The position numbers were made by a program, and so were the translations under genes. This document shows, piece by piece, positions 59,450-64,000 of a stretch of 64,000 bases of DNA (its first letter is position 1; each line of letters begins with the position of its first letter). The notes beneath the pieces were generated by a model. The model was not told the DNA's origin. It did not search any database and saw nothing but the letters and a program-made list of their open reading frames with translations. This stretch comes from an uncultured Oscillospiraceae bacterium (GTDB lineage Bacteria > Bacillota > Clostridia > Peptostreptococcales > Anaerovoracaceae), in contig CAZAMF010000011.1 of NCBI GenBank assembly GCA_964486295.1, positions 494 to 64,493 of the forward strand, in the 5' to 3' direction.

Positions 59450-60337
59450 ATGAAGGACGTATTCGGAACGTATCATCCGATCATAAATTTTATGTTTTTC
59501 TGTGCAGTACTGCTGTTCAGCATGTTTTTCATGCACCCGGTCCTGCTTTTGATTTCTCTGATTTCCGGATTTTCATACTATGTGTATCTTACAGGGAAGA
59601 AAGCCCTGAAATTCAGCCTGATATTTTTACTGCCCATGATGATCCTGATTTCATTGATCAATCCGCTGTTCAACCACAGAGGCGTTACGATCATCGGGTA
59701 TGTGATGGGCAATCCGATGACCCTGGAGTCGATCCTGTACGGGGCCGGCACCGGTCTGATGTTCGGCGCTGTCATTCTGTGGTTTTCATGCTACAACGTC
59801 ATCATGACCAGTGATAAATTCATCTACCTTTTCGGAAGGATCATACCGGCCATGTCCCTGATCCTGTCAATGGTTTTACGATTTGTGCCGAGATTCATGA
59901 CCCAGGTCAAAATCATTTCTGATTCCCAGAAATGCCTGGGGCGTGACGTCAGCGACGGCAGGCTGAAAGATCGGGTCGCCCATGGAATAAAAATACTTTC
60001 TGTGATGACCACCTGGGCGCTGGAGAATGCCATTGACACAGCGGATTCTATGAATTCCAGGGGCTATGGGCTCCCCGGGCGAACGGCATTTTCGAATTTC
60101 AGATTTGACACCAGGGATAAAACGATGAATGTTTTCATGCTGGGCTTGTTTGCGCTCATTATCGGAGGGACTGTCACGGGACAGAATACAGTGCAGTATT
60201 TTCCGTCCGTACGCTTTCCCGAGGTTACTGCAGCCGGCATCATCATATACGGAGCGTATTTTATACTTTGCTTTATGCCGTTGATTCTCGATTTGAAGGA
60301 GCAGGCCAGATGGCGACATTTACAATCAAAAATTTAA
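59450..60337 (+). CDS. ecfT: ECF transporter transmembrane (T) component, CbiQ/EcfT family
   Basis: 295 aa and polytopic. Paired coupling-helix-type motifs (ALENAIDTADSMNSRGY). Starts 2 nt after the previous stop. Confidence 0.75.
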   Translation: MKDVFGTYHPIINFMFFCAVLLFSMFFMHPVLLLISLISGFSYYVYLTGKKALKFSLIFLLPMMILISLINPLFNHRGVTIIGYVMGNPMTLESILYGAGTGLMFGAVILWFSCYNVIMTSDKFIYLFGRIIPAMSLILSMVLRFVPRFMTQVKIISDSQKCLGRDVSDGRLKDRVAHGIKILSVMTTWALENAIDTADSMNSRGYGLPGRTAFSNFRFDTRDKTMNVFMLGLFALIIGGTVTGQNTVQYFPSVRFPEVTAAGIIIYGAYFILCFMPLILDLKEQARWRHLQSKI

Positions 60338-62886
60338 CCTTTACATATCCGATGAAAAACACGCCTGTACTGAAAAACATCGATCTCGAAATCGGGTACG
60401 GACAGTTCATAACCATCTGCGGGCAATCGGGATCCGGAAAGACCACCCTTTTGCGAAATCTCAAATCCGCTCTGGCTCCCCATGGCAGCAGATCCGGAGA
60501 GATATTGTTTTACGGAAGGCAGCTGGACAGCGTGGATCGAAGGGAACAGTCTCAGCGGATCGGGTATGTGCTTCAGAATCCTGAAAATCAGATCGTAACT
60601 GATAAGGTGTGGCATGAACTGGCTTTCGGGCTGGAAAGCCTGGGCTACGACAAGAAAACCATCAGGCTGCGGGTTGCTGAAATGGCAAGCTTTTTCGGAA
60701 TCCAAACCTGGTTTATGAAAAACGTCAGCGACCTGTCCGGTGGGCAAAAGCAGATACTGAACCTTGCCGCAGTGATGGCCATGCAGCCGGATGTTCTGAT
60801 ACTGGACGAACCGACGTCGCAGTTGGATCCCATCGCGGCGGAAGCGTTCCTGGAAATGGTCCTGAAAATCAACAAAGAAATCGGGACAACGGTCATCATC
60901 AGCGAACACCGGCTTGAAGGGGTGTTTTCGATGGCGGACAGGGTCATCGTCATGGATGATGGAAGGATCGTTGCAAACGATACCCCTGAAAACACCGGAG
61001 CAATTCTGGCCGCACGGAAGCATAAAATGTTTATGGTGATGCCGGCGCCGCTGAAAATCTATGCGGAGCTTTATGAGCAGAATGTAAGAAGAGAGCTTCC
61101 ATGCCCTGTAACGGTCAGAGATGGACGCAACTGGCTGACAAAGTTATTTGAAAACGAAGCAATTAAAACCACCGCACTGGACGCCACGCCGGTATTAGAC
61201 CAAACCAGACAGGAACCCGTTATTTCCATGAAAGATGTGTGGTTCAAATATAATAAAAATGACAATGACGTGATCAAGGATCTGTCGCTGGAGATTTTCA
61301 GGGGAGAGATGTTTTGTGTTCTGGGAGGCAACGGCACAGGGAAGACCACCACGCTGAAATTGATCAGCGGTATTCAAAAAGCCTATCGGGGCAAAATGAG
61401 ACTCAAAGGCGTCGATATTGAAAAATATAAGAAGAATGAACTATTTTCCGGCATTATGGCCATGTTGCCGCAAAACCCTCAATCGGTCTTTGTGAAAAAC
61501 ACAGTTCGTCTCGATCTCATGGAAATGATGGAAGGCAGAAAAAACCCTGCCGGAATGATCTATACCGATGATGCTGTTGAAAAAATGGTATCGGAAATGG
61601 CCAAACTGGTGGAAATCGAGCATCTGCTGGATATGCATCCATATGACTTGTCCGGCGGGGAACAGCAAAGAGCAGCGCTTGCCAAGGTACTTCTTCTTGA
61701 ACCGGAAATCCTGCTGCTGGATGAACCCACCAAAGGCATGGACAACTATTTCAAGAAAAAACTGGCGGGTATCCTGAAAAAGCTTCTGGATAAAGGAGTG
61801 ACCGTAGTGGTTGTCTCGCATGACATTGAATTCTGCGGCAGCTACGGCGACCGGTGTGCGATGTTCTTTGACGGGAATATTGTTACGCAGGGGGTGCCAC
61901 GGACATTTTTCTCCGGAAACAGTTTTTATACGACTGCGGCAAACAGAATGTCCCGCCACATATTTGAAAATGCCGTGACCTCGGAAGACGTTGTGGCATT
62001 GATTAGGAAAAATCTCGATCTGCCCGAGCCTGTCGGGGAGGACAAGTCGGATGGAGGAGGCGATGTCGAAAATGACCGCCATGAGAAAACCGAAATCAAG
62101 AGCGGGAAAAGCGAATCCGTCAAACCGGCAAAGTCCGAAGCTGCAGCAAAGCCTGAGGCAACAAATCCTGTTCATGCTGCCGCAAAATTAAAAACAGGTA
62201 CCAAATTGGCGACTTTCATCCTGCTGGCGATGGTCCCCATCACATTGTATGCGGGGATGTTCTGGCTGAATGACAGAAAATATTATTTCATCAGTCTGCT
62301 GATCCTGGCCTATTCAATGATTCCTTTTTTTATGGTATTCGAGGGGAAGAAGCCTCGTGCGCGTGAAATAATAATTATCGCCGTGCTGATTGCAATCGCG
62401 GTGATCGGACGGGCTGCGTTCTTCATGGTCCCGCAATTCAAACCGGTGATTGCCATAGTGATCATCGCTGGGGCATGTCTGGGGAGTCAGGCAGGATTCA
62501 TGACCGGTGCCATGACCGCATTCGTTTCCAACTTTTTCTTCGGTCAGGGACCATGGACGCCATGGCAGATGTTCGCACTGGGTTTGATCGGGCTGTTATC
62601 TGGATATTTCATTGAAAAGGGACTTCTGAAAGAAAGAAGAAATTCTCTGATGGTGTTCGGCGCTTTGGCGACGGTTTTCATTTATGGGGGTCTTGTGGAT
62701 CTATGGACGATATTCGGGATGGGGACCGGAGAGGGCCTTCTGCAATGGGCGATCTCTGTCTACACGCTGGCGCTGCCTTTTAACCTGATCAATGCGGCTG
62801 CCACGGTGATTTTCCTCTATTTTCTGGCGAAGCCGATGATAGAGAAAATCGATCGGATCAAGATCAAATACGGTTTGGTATATTAA
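60310..62886 (+). CDS. Fusion of two ECF/ABC ATPase domains (EcfA-EcfA') with a C-terminal multi-TM S-component-like domain
   Basis: Walker A GQSGSGKTT and GGNGTGKTT, signatures LSGGQKQ and LSGGEQQ, Walker B LILDEPTS and LLLDEPTK. A charged linker follows, then about 7 TM from ~62185 with a QGPWTPWQM motif. Confidence 0.8.
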   Translation: MATFTIKNLTFTYPMKNTPVLKNIDLEIGYGQFITICGQSGSGKTTLLRNLKSALAPHGSRSGEILFYGRQLDSVDRREQSQRIGYVLQNPENQIVTDKVWHELAFGLESLGYDKKTIRLRVAEMASFFGIQTWFMKNVSDLSGGQKQILNLAAVMAMQPDVLILDEPTSQLDPIAAEAFLEMVLKINKEIGTTVIISEHRLEGVFSMADRVIVMDDGRIVANDTPENTGAILAARKHKMFMVMPAPLKIYAELYEQNVRRELPCPVTVRDGRNWLTKLFENEAIKTTALDATPVLDQTRQEPVISMKDVWFKYNKNDNDVIKDLSLEIFRGEMFCVLGGNGTGKTTTLKLISGIQKAYRGKMRLKGVDIEKYKKNELFSGIMAMLPQNPQSVFVKNTVRLDLMEMMEGRKNPAGMIYTDDAVEKMVSEMAKLVEIEHLLDMHPYDLSGGEQQRAALAKVLLLEPEILLLDEPTKGMDNYFKKKLAGILKKLLDKGVTVVVVSHDIEFCGSYGDRCAMFFDGNIVTQGVPRTFFSGNSFYTTAANRMSRHIFENAVTSEDVVALIRKNLDLPEPVGEDKSDGGGDVENDRHEKTEIKSGKSESVKPAKSEAAAKPEATNPVHAAAKLKTGTKLATFILLAMVPITLYAGMFWLNDRKYYFISLLILAYSMIPFFMVFEGKKPRAREIIIIAVLIAIAVIGRAAFFMVPQFKPVIAIVIIAGACLGSQAGFMTGAMTAFVSNFFFGQGPWTPWQMFALGLIGLLSGYFIEKGLLKERRNSLMVFGALATVFIYGGLVDLWTIFGMGTGEGLLQWAISVYTLALPFNLINAAATVIFLYFLAKPMIEKIDRIKIKYGLVY

Positions 62887-62922
62887 GCTCTTCGGGCTGA
62901 TATAGATTATGAATTGAATATA

Positions 62923-63100
62923 CTTCATGTTCCTGCAAGCTGTCCTATGAGAAACAGCTGCGGGCTAAGAGGGAAACAGGTTAAAATCCTGTGCGGTACC
63001 GCCGCTGTAAGCGAGGAATCCGGCCAATTTCCACTGGATATGCAATCCGGGAAGGAAGGCAACGGGTGATGATGCGCAAAGCCAGAAGACCTGCATGAAG
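62923..63100 (+). promoter_or_regulatory. Second cobalamin riboswitch aptamer
   Basis: P1 CTTCATG/CATGAAG. AAGAGGGAAACAGGTTAAAATCCTGTGCGGTACCGCCGCTGTAAGC core. B12 box AAGCCAGAAGACCTGCA. Confidence 0.88.
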
Positions 63101-63180
63101 AATGGGAGCCAGCCGGCGGGTTATCGGCATACACTCCTTTCAAACAACATAGCATGTTTGATTAAAAGCAGAAAAAACGG

Positions 63181-63207
63181 ACTGCAGCAAAATAGCTGCA
63201 GTTTTTT
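63181..63207 (+). terminator. Expression-platform terminator of second riboswitch
   Basis: CTGCAGC-aaaata-GCTGCAG followed by TTTTTT. Confidence 0.8.
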
Positions 63208-63246
63208 GTGAGTAACCCAATATAAATACAGGAGGGGAAAAAAACA

Positions 63247-64000
63247 ATGAAAGCACGAAAAGGTTTTAAAAAAGGCATTGCATTTGTGCTGATGCTTGCC
63301 ATGATACTCGGCACATTTGGGGTAGCCGGATGGGGCGCCGGGCCGGTGTATGCTGCAGAAGCAAATGATATTACCGTAACCGTGGTCATAGAGAACAACA
63401 CATATCCGGTGGCCAGTGGAGCTGCCTGGGAAGGAACGCTGTTTACTTCTTCCGTTACGGTATCTGCCGGCGCTACGATGCTGGATGCAATTGAGCAGTC
63501 CCTAAACAATGAAGGCTATTTTGATACGTCTTTGATCGGCGGATCCTACATCAGCTCGATCAATGGGATCGCTGCCGGAGAAACAGGCGCCTATTCCGGA
63601 TGGCTGGGTGCTTTGAACGGGGTTTTGCCAAACGTAGGATTAGGATCTTCATATGTCAGTGACGGAGACACTGTCCGCCTGATGTATTCGCTGCCGTCGG
63701 GTTATTGCGCAGATCCTGCAGTGTCATGGGGAACGTCCAATGCCTCATCGACCGGATTTTCCTTCAGTGACGGGATATGGTCGTCGGAAAGTGACGGCTG
63801 GGGCGGATATGCGATAACGCTGACAGTGCCCGATCCTTTGGAACAAATCGTCGTCAACGAGGTTGCAGGGAGCACTTCGCCGGCATTGCGTATTTATAAA
63901 TATGACAGCAGTACTTATAGCATTGACCAGAGCAATATTTATCGCATCGGAGATGCTATTCCGCTGTCTGGACTCGGCACCACATTTGATTCTCTCTATG
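63247..64000 (+). CDS. Secreted DUF4430-domain protein, 3' end outside window
   Basis: Hand translation is open to the window end. GGAGGGG RBS and signal peptide MKARKGFKKGIAFVLMLAMILG..VYAA. DUF4430 core YSGWLGALNGVLPNVGLGSSYVSDGDTVRLMYS. Confidence 0.75.
   Translation, partial: MKARKGFKKGIAFVLMLAMILGTFGVAGWGAGPVYAAEANDITVTVVIENNTYPVASGAAWEGTLFTSSVTVSAGATMLDAIEQSLNNEGYFDTSLIGGSYISSINGIAAGETGAYSGWLGALNGVLPNVGLGSSYVSDGDTVRLMYSLPSGYCADPAVSWGTSNASSTGFSFSDGIWSSESDGWGGYAITLTVPDPLEQIVVNEVAGSTSPALRIYKYDSSTYSIDQSNIYRIGDAIPLSGLGTTFDSLY

Noticed and set aside
62925-63509. Two minus-strand ORFs (62925-63155 and 63162-63509)
   Set aside because: They overlap the second cobalamin riboswitch and the 5' end of the DUF4430 gene, which has a strong RBS and signal peptide on the + strand.

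Overview
The window looks like a chromosomal segment of a low-GC Gram-positive anaerobe (Clostridia-like). All calls come from reading the ORF translations and the DNA by eye; no database search was possible.

Bases 1-43,400 are densely packed core genes, mostly on the + strand. They include tig-clpP-clpX-lon-engB, hpt, pduL, deoC, lgt, ychF and a membrane pyrophosphatase. A four-domain CoA-disulfide-reductase/rhodanese/TusA/DsrE fusion lies on the - strand. Next comes a dcw cluster (mraZ-rsmH-ftsL-PBP-murF-mraY-murD-ftsW-murG-ftsQ-ftsZ), then a tightly coupled run of trmH-like, pheS, pheT, zapA, mutS2, argS, two radical-SAM genes and a TPR gene. A tRNA-Asn/Leu/fMet cluster closes this part.

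Bases 43,500-64,000 are more accessory:
- a DEAD-box helicase
- two tiny minus-strand ORFs
- a secreted metzincin
- an ECF sigma / anti-sigma / hyper-acidic secreted protein module bracketed by near-identical terminator-like repeats
- MOSC, metY, cysK and an Rrf2 regulator, with a Cys-ending upstream ORF in the metY leader
- a LexA-box-controlled Y-family polymerase / 87-aa unknown / SRAP / membrane protein set
- two cobalamin riboswitches

The first riboswitch controls an operon for an alpha/alpha-toroid surface protein, a DUF4430 (transcobalamin beta-domain-like) lipoprotein, EcfT, and an EcfA-EcfA'-S-component fusion. This is the most interesting candidate system: a possible split-transcobalamin B12 capture and import apparatus. 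No CRISPR array, rRNA gene or recognisable transposase/IS element was seen.
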